Source: Calditrichia bacterium (GTDB lineage Bacteria > Calditrichota > Calditrichia > JAJRVZ01). From it: a DNA stretch of 64,000 nt. The position numbers and the translations under genes are program-made. The stretch lies in contig CAVZSQ010000013.1 in assembly GCA_963777955.1 (NCBI GenBank), positions 352,001 through 416,000 of the forward strand. Reading direction: 5' to 3'. This document shows, piece by piece, positions 53,261 through 64,000 of the stretch. Each line of letters begins with the position of its first letter. Within the stretch, counting starts at the first letter, position 1. Below the pieces are notes generated by a model. That model did no database searches, was not told the DNA's origin, and saw only the letters and a program-made list of their open reading frames with translations.

Positions 53261-53339
53261 ACCCACCCCTCTTTCCCCTCGCCTATCAGATCCGACAGCA
53301 CTGCCGGACTAGATAGGGAGGGGATGACAAGGGGTGGGT
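53261..53339. repeat. Long imperfect hairpin element in intergenic region
   Basis: ACCCACCCCT..TCCCCTC.CCTATC ... GATAGG.GAGGGGA..AGGGGTGGGT; preceded by AGGGACAAAGGGACAAAG. Confidence 0.6.
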
Positions 53340-53392
53340 TAGGATAAGCCCGGCACCGATGATATTTATAAATACTAATTTTATTTAACTCA

Positions 53393-54994
53393 ATGTCAAA
53401 AACCAGAAAAATATTTCAAATCCTCTTCCTGCTCTTTTTCATTTTCTTATTCATGAAAGCACGGTATCCTTACAACGACGCACTTACCTCGGATATTTTT
53501 CTGCGTTTCAGTCCGCTGATACCGTTATTTGATTTTATTCAGCATTTCAGGATATCCTGGCTATTCTGGCCGGCGTTGATCATCCTGCTGGCCACACCAT
53601 TTTTGGGCCGATTCTTTTGCGGCTGGATCTGTCCGTTGGGTACAGCCATCGATGTCTCCAGTAAAATTGTAAAATCCCCTTCCAATAAAATCTCCGCCAA
53701 ATTCGAAAACTGGCGCTATGTGAAATTTGCGCTCCTGGTGGGCTTGATTATCCTGGCAATTTTTTCGGTCAATCTGTGGGGTTATCTTGATCCGCTTTCA
53801 ATCTTTAACCGGGCTTTGACCGCCATTCTTTATCCACTTTCGACCCTGTTCGTTGAGAAATCTTTACTGGCGTTAGCCAGTATATCATTTTTAGCTGATC
53901 CTGTTTATTACATATATGATCATTTTAAAAATTTGATTATGCCCGAAGATCAGATTTTCCTGCAACAGTTATTCTGGATATCCATCTTTTTTATTATCAT
54001 TCTTGGTCTGGAAAAATTATCGCGGCGATTCTGGTGCCGCAATTTATGTCCCGCCGGTGCCTGGCTGGGATTCCTGTCCCAGTTCCGTCTTTACGAACGC
54101 ATTGTCGGAGATCAGTGCCCGGTATGCAACAAGTGCCAGGTTGAATGTAAGATGAATGCCATACCGGCCGGGAATGTTAAACTGACTAATAAAGTAGAAT
54201 GTATAGAGTGCTTCAACTGCGGAGCCGTCTGTCCGCCCAAAGCCAAATCGATCACTTACCGCTGGCGCTGGAAACCGTATCATTCAGAGGTTGATTATAA
54301 CCGCCGCCAGTTTATCACCACCTCTGCTACCAGTGTGGCAGTGCTCGGTTTATTATCTCTCGGTTTTAAAAATCGCCAGGAGCGCAAAGGGATTATACGT
54401 CCACCTGGTTCATTACCTGAAGATGAATTCCTGGATCGCTGTATCCGCTGTCTGGAATGTGTGCGTATCTGTTCGACCAACGGCCGCTGTCTGCAGCCGG
54501 ATCATATTCATAATACGGTTCTGGAACTGTGGGCTCCCACAGCCATCATGCGCGAGGGGTATTGCGAGTATAACTGCAATTTGTGCGGACTGGTATGTCC
54601 TACTGAAGCCATACTCCCGCTCGGGCTGGAACAGAAAAAAGTTACCCCCATGGGTCTGGCCTATTTTGATAAAAATCTTTGTATCCCTTTTGCCCAGAAT
54701 AAAGATTGTATTGTCTGTGAAGAACATTGTCCCACGCCGGAAAAAGCCATCAAGTTTGAAATTAAGGACGCGATCTTACCCGATGGTACCTCACGAAAGG
54801 TTAAGTATCCATATGTAGTGCGGGAGTTATGCATCGGCTGCGGGATATGTGAAACCAAGTGTCCTTTGCCCACTGCATCTGCTATAATTGTTACCAATGA
54901 GAATGAAAAACGGCTGACGAAGGCGAATGCAGCTGTTTCAAGAACATATAAATTAGTGAAAAATGTTTTTTATTTTAATCCTTACGAATTTTAA
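53393..54994 (+). CDS. Membrane polyferredoxin: NapH/MauN-like fused to NapG/MauM-like 4Fe-4S domains
   Basis: GRFFCGWICPLG, RFWCRNLCPAG, multiple CxxCxxCxxxCP motifs, internal NRRQF, IRPPGS. Confidence 0.9.
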   Translation: MSKTRKIFQILFLLFFIFLFMKARYPYNDALTSDIFLRFSPLIPLFDFIQHFRISWLFWPALIILLATPFLGRFFCGWICPLGTAIDVSSKIVKSPSNKISAKFENWRYVKFALLVGLIILAIFSVNLWGYLDPLSIFNRALTAILYPLSTLFVEKSLLALASISFLADPVYYIYDHFKNLIMPEDQIFLQQLFWISIFFIIILGLEKLSRRFWCRNLCPAGAWLGFLSQFRLYERIVGDQCPVCNKCQVECKMNAIPAGNVKLTNKVECIECFNCGAVCPPKAKSITYRWRWKPYHSEVDYNRRQFITTSATSVAVLGLLSLGFKNRQERKGIIRPPGSLPEDEFLDRCIRCLECVRICSTNGRCLQPDHIHNTVLELWAPTAIMREGYCEYNCNLCGLVCPTEAILPLGLEQKKVTPMGLAYFDKNLCIPFAQNKDCIVCEEHCPTPEKAIKFEIKDAILPDGTSRKVKYPYVVRELCIGCGICETKCPLPTASAIIVTNENEKRLTKANAAVSRTYKLVKNVFYFNPYEF

Positions 54995-55235
54995 TTATAT
55001 TTTAGATGAATTATCAGTTTAGAGTCTATCAAAAATATCTATTTTAGATAAATAATTTATTCATCATTTGTTTCTGAATTTATTTCAAAATAGACTATTT
55101 TTACTTTATTGTTTTAGATGAACCTCCTTTGCTAAACCAATTGTAAATAACATATTTATCACGCTGATGGGAAAATTTGAATGAACTAGGTAATTTTGTT
55201 TATGGTGAGATTTAATTCCTGGCAGGATTGGAGTT

Positions 55236-57914
55236 ATGATTAAAGTTGATCAATTTGCAATTGTAAGTGGCTGTTTATTAGTAGCCACATCTTCATCGCA
55301 GGCCCAGGAAAGTATTACGAGCAGCAACTTAGAAGGTTGGGTCATAGACTCGACTGGAATATCAATAGCTGCAGCAAACGTAGTCGTCAATTCATCCAGT
55401 TTACAAGGAACTCGTGGCACCACCAGCGACAATAACGGTTTATTTCGTATACTATATTTACCCCCCGGTGATTACACAATCAGAATTTCTCATGTATCTT
55501 TCAGACCTCAGGTATTTGTAAATGTTCGAATTCTATTGGGGAGAACGACCGGACTTGGTGACATCCGATTGACAGAGATGACTTATGATATGAAAGAAAT
55601 TGTTATTCAGGCTGAGCAGCCGTTTATTGATTCAACATCTGTAACAACCGGCGCTAATCTTTTACGCAGAGATTTTGAACTACTACCTATAGAACGTAAT
55701 TATCTAAGTGCAGTTTCCATTCTGCCGCATACTAACCAGAGTTATTTCGGCGACGAGGTCAATACGGGAGGCGCTTCAGGGGCTGAAAACAGATACTTTC
55801 TTGATGGTAATGACGTTACCGATCCCTTCCGTGGGATCGCGGTACCAACTTACCCTACAATTTTGTCCAGGAAATCCAGGTAAAAAGTTTTGGCTATGAA
55901 CCCGAGTACCGGAGCGCACTTGGAGGCATTATAAATGCCATCACCTACTCGGGGAGCAATAAGTTTTCTGGCCAGATCTTTGGATTCTTTACTAATAATA
56001 ATTTCTCTTCGGAACCACGTTTAGCCGAAACAGAACCTCCAAAAGGTTCCTATTCTCAATATGATTTTGGGCTTTTATTGGGGGGACCTATTATCAGGGA
56101 CAGACTCTGGTTCTCTGCTGCCTATAGCCCCTTTTTCCGCAATGAAGATATAAAACTACCTGGACTTGGGATACTATCCGGACAACATTGTTGCACACCC
56201 TTTGTGCAGGAAAACTCAATTGGAAAGCCTCGGAGTCTGTAAGACTTAAGACTAACTGTACTTGGAGATCCAACCCGTGATAATGCAGTAGGGAAGAAGT
56301 TTTGGTACCACCCAACTATTCTAAATTCAGAAAACCCCGACTTTTTTTCTATCAAAAAATATTTCAGGCGGATATGGATCAATTATCGATGGGCAGTACT
56401 TTCTATCAACGTAAAACGCATTTTCAGGGCACCGTTTCATGGAAAACTTTTGATCACAAATATTTACCGCGTACTGAAAAAGGTGCTAAAGACCCGACTT
56501 TCTTGGATACCGAAACTGCTACAGTATCAGGTGGGACTGGAGAAAGGGTGGATATTCGTAGTACAGTAATTGCCGTTTCCATGTCTTTATCACTGAACCT
56601 AAATCAACAGCTGTTAAAAGCAGGTATAGAGTATAAGGATATAGGACTGGAAAGTAATAATATCTTGGAACAACTTTGGCGATATAACGACTCTAGTTTG
56701 ACAATCTATCAAGGTAATCCGAGTGGAACCATTCGAAACCGTATTCCGTCTTTATATGTGCAGGATAGTTGGTCTTCAAGAATCGGATTACGATAACAGG
56801 TGGTATGCGATGGGACGGACTCTTTGTAATCGGGGGGGATGGAAAAGTAGCTCAACGAATTTTCAAACAATTCCAGCCACGGTTAGGTGGATCATTCTTG
56901 TTTAACAGGAAAAAGACTATGAAGATCTATGTAACTGTTGGACGGTATGCTGAAGATTTGTTAACATTCGGCTCGACATATTATCATATTTGTGGAACAC
57001 AAATTATCAAATATTATGATCATGACCCACGTATAGACCCGACAATTAATAATATGTTTTTACTCGGCGGTAAAATTGCGCCTGAAGTGAAAGGTCTACG
57101 AGGACAATACTATGATGAACTCGTTATCGGATATGAACAACTGATAATCTCATCGTTGAAACTCACAGTTCGAGGTATATACCGAAGACTAAAAGAGATA
57201 TTAGAGGACGGGGAAGGGATCGCAGGTTCTGGTATATTCTATTTTGGCAATCCGGGGCACTATCCATTAGATGAATTCCCAAAACCTGAACGTGTTTATA
57301 CTGCACTTGATTTAACTATCGAGAGATCTTTCGATAGGTCATCGAAAATATTTATTTCATACATATTATCCCGCAACTATGGAAATTATGCAGGTATGTA
57401 CTGGCAGGACCATGGTGTGGCCATGCCATCCGTATCTGGGCAATTCGACTATCTGGACATTATGAAAAATTCATCAGGATTGCTACCCAATGATCGGACA
57501 CACGTACTGAAATTCAACGGGTCATTTAATTTAACTTTAAGACTCTCCTGCGGAGTATTATTTATCTGGCAATCAGGCACGCCCCTTAGTGAAATCGGTG
57601 GATCCGCCCACGGGCAGGATTGGCCAATTTTTCTTAAACCGCGTGGTTCTACTGGCAGGCTTCCATCAATATGGGATTTGAATCTACGTTTTGCATACGA
57701 TATAACATTTTTGTCAGATTGGAGAGCAAGACCGCGATTGATTCTGGATGTTTTCCATGTAGGTAGTCAATTGACGGTGGTCCAGCAGGATCAACGACAT
57801 TACTTTAATCAAGATGATCAGGGTGATCAGATCAATCCCAATCCCGCTTATGGTTTACCTCAAAAATTTCAACCACCAATGTCCGTAAGATTAGGGATGG
57901 AAGTGAATTTCTGA
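55236..57914 (+). CDS. TonB-dependent receptor (Oar-like, with carboxypeptidase-regulatory N-domain); several frameshifts (about 55840, 56195, 56300-56350, 56775)
   Basis: LPPGDYTIRISH; ENRYFLDG; intervening frame reads FVQEIQVK..GYEPEYRSALGGIINAIT; SLYVQDSW; FQPRLG; LPNDRTH; ends RLGMEVNF. Confidence 0.8.
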
Positions 57915-58085
57915 TTACGATTAATTGTAAATTTCCAAATTCTTTTCAGATTAAATTTTTTAATAAAATTCTTTTCTATCTGTATTTATTTTTATAATTT
58001 TTTATGTTTTCTCCCATCTGGCATTTAGTGATAACATATTAGATTTATTGTACCGGTTTCTTTATAAAACAAGAAAAGACAATCT

Positions 58086-61000
58086 ATGAAACGTAATCTG
58101 GCGTGTTGGTTTCTTTTATTCAATTGTCAGATTTTGATTCCACAAATTCTTAGCGCACAGGAGGATCAAAACCGTTTTGAACGTATTTCCATCCAGGAAG
58201 GCTTGGCCCAGTCAACTGTCAATTGTATTTTAATGGATCGGCAAGGATTTATGTGGTTTGGTACTGCCAATGGATTGAATAGGTATGATGGATATTCTAT
58301 AAAAAGATATCAAACAAGCCTTGATGATGTAAATAGTCTTTCTCATTTTTATGTGCAGGATTTATATGAAGTTCCTTCCGATTCCGTCCATTTAATGTGG
58401 GTCGCTACTTCCGGGGGTGGACTTAATCTATTTAATATGGAAACAGAGAAATTCAAACGCTATCAGCATAAACCAGATAATCTTAATGGTTTATCTCATG
58501 ATCTATTACATTCGATCTGCCCTGGTGATAGTGGTTATTTATGGATTGGAACCTGGGGTGGTGGAATTGATATTTTAAATCCCAAAAATGATACTTTCAG
58601 CCATCTTCGCCACACAGTCAGAAGATACGAATTCTTTATCAAGCAATTATGTCATGGTAATAATTCGTGATCGCTGGGGCTTATTCTGGATTGGAACGGA
58701 AGGGGGCGGACTTGATTGTTATGACAATGAAAAAAAGATATTTTTACATATCAAGAATAATCCCGCTGATTTAAATAGCCTGAGTAACAATTTTGTCTGG
58801 TCGCTGAAACAGGATTCGAGGGGAAATTTATGGATCGGTACCAAAGAGGGATTGAATCTGCTTACGTTGTCCAATTTCTCTGATAAAGAAGAGTTGTTTT
58901 CTGCCCAAAAATTAAGATTTGAGCGGTTTAATAGATATGCATCTGATACTATCCATATCAACGCAGCTTGGATTGTCGGAATAAGTGAGGATAGCAATGG
59001 CAACATGTGGATCGGCACCTATGGAAATGGTTTACATAAGTTTGACATTCTATCAGGCAAATTTTATAACTATAAAAATGATCCTTTCGATAAGAATAGT
59101 ATCGGTATCAATGATATAAAACCGGTTTACTGTGATCCACGCGGGCAAGCCTTATGGGTTGGAACGGATGGTGCAGGTGTCTTTAAACATGCCAGGAATC
59201 AAAAACCGTTTAATTGGATAGGCAATAAGCCGGGTGACATTAACAGTTTGGCTGCCAATACGGTTTACGGCATGACGGAAGATTCCCGGGGTAATATATG
59301 GATAGGTACTCAGACCAGGGGCGTGGAAAAATATGATCCTGTTCAAAAAAAATTCATGCATTTCCCCTTTGATCCTCAAAATCAGTATAGCCCGCCCAGT
59401 AAAAAGGTTAATGTGATCTATGAAGATTTTTTAAATAAGATTTGGATTGGAACTGCACATGGCTTGGCCAGATTTGATTATACGACAAATAGATTTATCA
59501 GATATAATTCTTCATATAATCGTGAAGTTTCTCGATTGCCTGAATGGGTTTATGGAATATTCGTGGATTCATTGCATAATCCACCCATTATGTGGTTGGG
59601 AGGATATGACGGATTATATAAGATTGACCCTAGGGAGGATACGAGTACCCACTTTAAACATAATGCACTTGATTCTAACAGTCTGATAAATGACAATATT
59701 ACGCTCATATACGGTGAGTATTTAAATAACAATTTGTATTTATGGATCGGTACTGAGAACGGACTTGATAAATTTGACGTTTACCAGAATAAGTTTCATC
59801 ATTTCCTTCATGATCCGGGTAATCCTGAAAGTATCAGTAATAATTCTATATATTGCATTTATCGTGACACCTCGGGTAAACTGTGGATCGGTACATATGG
59901 TGGAGGATTGAATCTACTAAATGAGGAAAATAATACATTCACATACTTTACTGAAAAGAATGGTTTGAGTAATAATATAGTCATCGGGATACTTGAGGAT
60001 GATACCGGTAATCTATGGTTAAGTACGTTATCTGGATTGTCTAAATTTAATCCAGATTCTAAGCAATTCACTAACTATAATGAAGAAGACGGTATGAATT
60101 GCTCTGAATTCTGGATTGGATCATTTTTTAAAAGCCACACGGGTGCATTGTATTTCGGCGGTAATAACGGTATTGTTTATTTTAATCCCGACAGTATAAA
60201 AGAGAACACGGCTGTCCCACCTGTCGTTTTGACCGATTTTCAAGTTTTCAATAAATCGGTCCTGCCAGGAGAAAAATCTCCCTTGCGCAAGCCTGTATCT
60301 GAAGCAAATGAAATTATCCTGCTCTATGATCAGGATATCTTCACAATCGAATTTTCAGCTCTGGACTATACCGCCCCGATGAAAAATCAGTACGCCTATA
60401 AATTGAGCGACGTTAATGCAGATTGGGTCTATACCGATGCCAAACGACGTTTTGCCACCTATACCAAACTGAATCCGGGAGAATTTATCTTCCGGGTTAA
60501 AGGTTCCAATAACGACGGAGTTTGGAACGAAACAGGAACATCAATTAAGATTATCATCCTGCCCCCCTGGTACAGCAGTAAAATTGCTTATGCTTTATAT
60601 CTTCTGGCCCTGATTAGTCTGGTGGTGGGTACCTGGAAATTGCAGGTGAATCGTCTGCACCAGAAACACCAGCGTGAACTGGAACATCTGGAAGCGGAAA
60701 AGTTGAAGGAAGTGGATCAGGCTCAAATCCCGATTTCTTTGCCAATATTTCCCATGAATTCCGTACCCCTTTAACCCTGATTGAAGGACCAGTCAAACAG
60801 GTGCTCAGACGGTGAATTCACTGGAGATATCAAAGAGCACTGCCAGATGATTCTTCGCAATACGAAACGATTATTAGATCTGGTCAATCAACTGTTGGAT
60901 CTGTCTAAACTGGAATCGGGCAGGATGAAATTAAAGGTGAAGCAACAGGACATTATAACCTTAATCCGGGGATTGGCACAATCCTTTGAATCGCTGGCAA

Positions 61001-62443
61001 AAAGAAAAAATATTGAATTTATATTTAAATCTCCAATCGACGCAGGGGCAATTCATGAATTGCCCCTACTGAGGCATATATCGACGAGGAAAAATTGGAA
61101 CGGATCATCAACAATTTATTATCAAATGCCTTCAAATTTACGCCCGATGGCGGCCACGTGGGGGTGGTGGTGACGTGATAATGGGAATGCGGATATCGGT
61201 AGAGACGCGATATATCGCGTCTCTACAAGGCCGGATGCACCCCCATCGGTCATTATCACCATCACCAACACCGGTCCCGGTATACCTCGCCGACAAAATC
61301 GATCACATTTTCGACCGGTTTTACCAGGTGGATGATTCCCAGACCCGGCATCATGAAGGTACCGGCATAGGTCTGGCCCTGGTGCAGGAACTGGTGGAAT
61401 TACACCATGGCCAGATCACGGTCACCAGCGAACCGGGTAAGATGACCACCTTCACCGTAATGATTCCGGTTGATCAGGAATCATATGATGAATCGGAAAT
61501 ATGCCGGGATGAAACGTTGGAACCGATGGTGGTTTATGCGAATGGTGGTTCGGTAATTGAAACCCCGGTAATATACACGAATGATGTCGCCCCCATCGAA
61601 AAACCACCGGTAGATTATGAAACCGTAGAGACGCGATATATCGCGTCTCTACGAAAACCGGATTCCCATCCCCCCAAACGCCCCGCCAAAACCGCACCGG
61701 TTATTTTAATCGTCGATGACAATGCCGATGTGCGGCAATATATCGGCGGTTTATTGAACCCGGATTGTCGTATTCTGGAAGCGGAAAATGGCGAACAGGG
61801 AATCTCGGTAGCAAAACAGAGTACGCCTGATCTGGTCATCAGCGATGTGATGATGCCGGGGATGGACGGATATGAACTGTGCCGAAAGATTAAAACCGAT
61901 CTGGAGATCAGTCACATTCCGGTCATATTATTAACCGCCCGGGCGGAGGAAAGCGATAAACTCGAGGGTTTGGAAACTGGTGCTGATGATTATCTTACTA
62001 AACCGTTTGAAGCCCGTGAATTACAGTTACGGGTAAAAAATATTATCCACTATCGTAAGCAATTGCAGGAAAAATTCAATCAAGATCTTTATATCAAACC
62101 CAAAGATATCACCGTAACCTCGCTTGATGAAAAATTCCTGGAAAAAATAATACAGATGATTAATGAGCAAATATCAGATTCCGATTTGAATGTTGAAAAA
62201 TTATCTAACGTCTTGAATATGAGCAGAATCCAATTATGGCGTAAAGTAAAGGCCTTGTTAGGATTGACTCCTGTTGCTTTGGTAAGAAGAATGCGCGTAC
62301 AAAGGGCAAAAGAACTGCTGGAACACCATTTCGGGAATGTCTCACAGGTCGCCTATGAAGCAGGTTTTAACAATATATCATATTTTTCCAGGTGTTTTCA
62401 GAAACAATTCGGAATTCATCCCTCAATGTTTATACTTAAATAA
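58086..62443 (+). CDS. Hybrid two-component system (beta-propeller/Y_Y_Y sensor, His kinase, receiver, AraC); multiple frameshifts
   Basis: Repeated W[IV]GT Reg_prop motifs, [13 protein letters not shown] plus TM; shifted frames give [12 protein letters not shown] and [25 protein letters not shown]...[18 protein letters not shown]. Confidence 0.9.
61042..61069. repeat. 28-bp GTAG/CTAC-type palindrome inside the kinase gene
   Basis: GCAGGGGCAATTCATGAATTGCCCCTAC, read as AGAIHELPL. Confidence 0.8.
61199..61226. repeat. 28-bp perfect GTAG/CTAC palindrome inside the kinase gene, copy 1
   Basis: GTAGAGACGCGATATATCGCGTCTCTAC, read as VETRYIASL. Confidence 0.9.
61625..61652. repeat. 28-bp perfect GTAG/CTAC palindrome inside the kinase gene, copy 2
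   Basis: Identical to 61199-61226; in frame in the HATPase-receiver linker. Confidence 0.9.
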
Positions 62444-62494
62444 ATTCAATTATTTTCTTTCTTAATTTCTATCTTGGAGCTCACTTTACTAAAA

Positions 62495-62534
62495 AATGTA
62501 ACATTTGTGCTAAGTAATGTTACATATCTGTTAG
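62495..62534 (+). promoter_or_regulatory. Tandem direct repeat with 21-bp period, putative AraC/HTCS binding site
   Basis: AATGTAACATTTGTGCTAAG and AATGTTACATATCTGTTAG start 21 bp apart, upstream of the 62650 gene and just after the HTCS. Confidence 0.55.
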
Positions 62535-62649
62535 ACATTTTAACCCCTTTTTCGCTATAGTTAGAACGGTATATAGGTCAGACAGTTAAAGAGCATTTTA
62601 AATCTATATGACATATTTTCTATCAAAAATCTAATCCCAGGAGGTCTTT

Positions 62650-63189
62650 ATGTTAAGTTCAAAAAATTTAATTTTTATTACCGCCCTTGTTTTCATCGGG
62701 ATCAGTGGATGTCAGGATGGTAGTAATCCCATTGAAAATCTTACTTTCACAACCACTGCACCCGCAGAAAATCCCATCAATGGATTAGCAAAAGCAACCA
62801 CGGTTATGACCAAAGACACGATTAATGAATACTGGCAGTTGTCAGGTGAGTGTTTGAATGAATTACTCGATATCTATTACAGTGATGAACTCATTTTGCA
62901 TACAACGATCGATAATCAAGGTGGATTTCATACGGTTATGCATTGGCGTCCGATTAACACGATCGCTTATGGGGTAGAATCCGGTAACATCTGGATCCCG
63001 GTAGGGGCCGTACCCATTATTGAACATTCTGGCAAAGTCGGGGAGATTTTTACAGAGGCGGGTTGTTATAACTGGAAGGCGCAGCAGGAAGGACCCAGTC
63101 TGACCGAACCCTGGATTTTACATTGTACGGTTAATGCCAATGGCGTCATGACTGTCAACAGGGAAGTTTACAGGTTCATCTGTAAATAA
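62650..63189 (+). CDS. Hypothetical lipoprotein
   Basis: Lipobox ISGC; RBS GGAGG; beta-rich body. Confidence 0.7.
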   Translation: MLSSKNLIFITALVFIGISGCQDGSNPIENLTFTTTAPAENPINGLAKATTVMTKDTINEYWQLSGECLNELLDIYYSDELILHTTIDNQGGFHTVMHWRPINTIAYGVESGNIWIPVGAVPIIEHSGKVGEIFTEAGCYNWKAQQEGPSLTEPWILHCTVNANGVMTVNREVYRFICK

Positions 63190-63198
63190 TCCTTTAAT

Positions 63199-63230
63199 CC
63201 ACCTTAAGGGTACTCTACTCCTTAAGGTGG
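63199..63230. repeat. Diverged family A palindrome / terminator-like hairpin
   Basis: CCACCTTAAGG-GTACTCTACT-CCTTAAGGTGG; shares CCACCT...AGGTGG ends with family A. Confidence 0.55.
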
Positions 63231-63389
63231 CTTACATGTTAAATTTTTACAAAAAAATGGTAAAAATGGGATAGAAATCCATCCTTCATTATGTGTATTA
63301 TAACACCAAATTTACATTCGCAGGTCTTTTTAGAACTAGTTAAACCATTCTATCATTATTGAGATCACAAAATCCAGAGGAGGCGTTTC

Positions 63390-64000
63390 ATGAAATTATT
63401 AACCTTATCTTTCTTTATCCTTTTGCCTTTGGCCTTTAGCCTGGCAGATATTATCCACATCCCCGCCGACGCCCTCACCATCCAGCAAGGCATCGACCAG
63501 GCCCTGACCGGTGATACAGTTTTGGTGGCCGAAGGGACATATTATGAGAACATTAGTTTCAAAGGTAAAGCCATCACGGTAGCTAGTGCTTTTCTGATGG
63601 ATGCCGATACCAGTCATATTTCTAAAACAATTATCGACGGCAGCCAGCATACGAATCCGGATAGTGGCTCAGTGGTCTATTTTGTAAATGGCGAAACTAA
63701 GAATTCGATTTTATACGGTTTCACAATTACTGGCGGATCGGGAACATATTATCAATGGCCCGAGGATAACAGCCAACAATATACAGGTGGAGGAATAAAG
63801 ATATGGGCAGGTGGAAGAATTGAGTGGAATCGAATTATTAATAATTTTATTAATCGCGGAACCAGTATTTATTGTCATGGCGGTGGTATTGATGCCATGG
63901 GTTGGAACGTCGCTGATACAATAATAATAAGAAATAATGAGATTATTAATAACAAGATAAATGCCTGGTGGGGTGGCGGTGCAGCAATAATTATGATTTC
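63390..64000 (+). CDS. Secreted right-handed parallel beta-helix protein (3' end outside window)
   Basis: Not in the ORF track; hand-translated MKLLTLSFFILLPLAFSLADIIHIPADALTIQQGIDQALTGDTVLVAEGTYYENISFKGKAITVAS...TIIDGS...GFTITGG; RBS GAGGAGG. Confidence 0.85.
   Translation, partial: MKLLTLSFFILLPLAFSLADIIHIPADALTIQQGIDQALTGDTVLVAEGTYYENISFKGKAITVASAFLMDADTSHISKTIIDGSQHTNPDSGSVVYFVNGETKNSILYGFTITGGSGTYYQWPEDNSQQYTGGGIKIWAGGRIEWNRIINNFINRGTSIYCHGGGIDAMGWNVADTIIIRNNEIINNKINAWWGGGAAIIMI

Noticed and set aside
2674..63650. Numerous short antisense or alternate-frame ORFs in the track (e.g. 2674-3027, 3272-3853, 6813-7499, 18781-19302, 25143-25433, 63405-63650)
   Set aside because: They are shadows of well-supported genes with no motifs or RBS of their own.

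Overview
Chromosomal window from a Gram-negative bacterium of roughly mid GC. An FCB-related lineage such as Calditrichota or KSB1 is inferred only from gene style (QNYPNPFNP C-terminal domain, hybrid two-component system, TonB receptor). It carries recA-recX-(PLP trans-sulfuration enzyme)-alaS-M29 peptidase; a tripartite HipBST-type toxin-antitoxin module with three visible operator palindromes; an ECF sigma/anti-sigma/DUF4097 operon; ptsI, mgsA, glgP, glgA and a GGDEF-EAL protein; a non-pyrrolysine MttB operon; a DUF362/polyferredoxin pair; and an AT-rich end with a TonB receptor and a hybrid two-component system. About nine genes, including essential alaS, contain single-base frameshifts that most likely are assembly errors. 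Most notable: (1) an Ala-rich helical lipoprotein ending in Lys-Lys, followed by an L,D-transpeptidase and a catalytically degenerate partner, a candidate non-Lpp outer membrane-peptidoglycan tether system; (2) several families of small REP-like palindromes, three copies of which sit inside a histidine kinase gene and are read as peptide; (3) a 1013-aa helical/P-loop ATPase placed with MscS and glgP. No rRNA, tRNA, CRISPR array or transposase was recognised.
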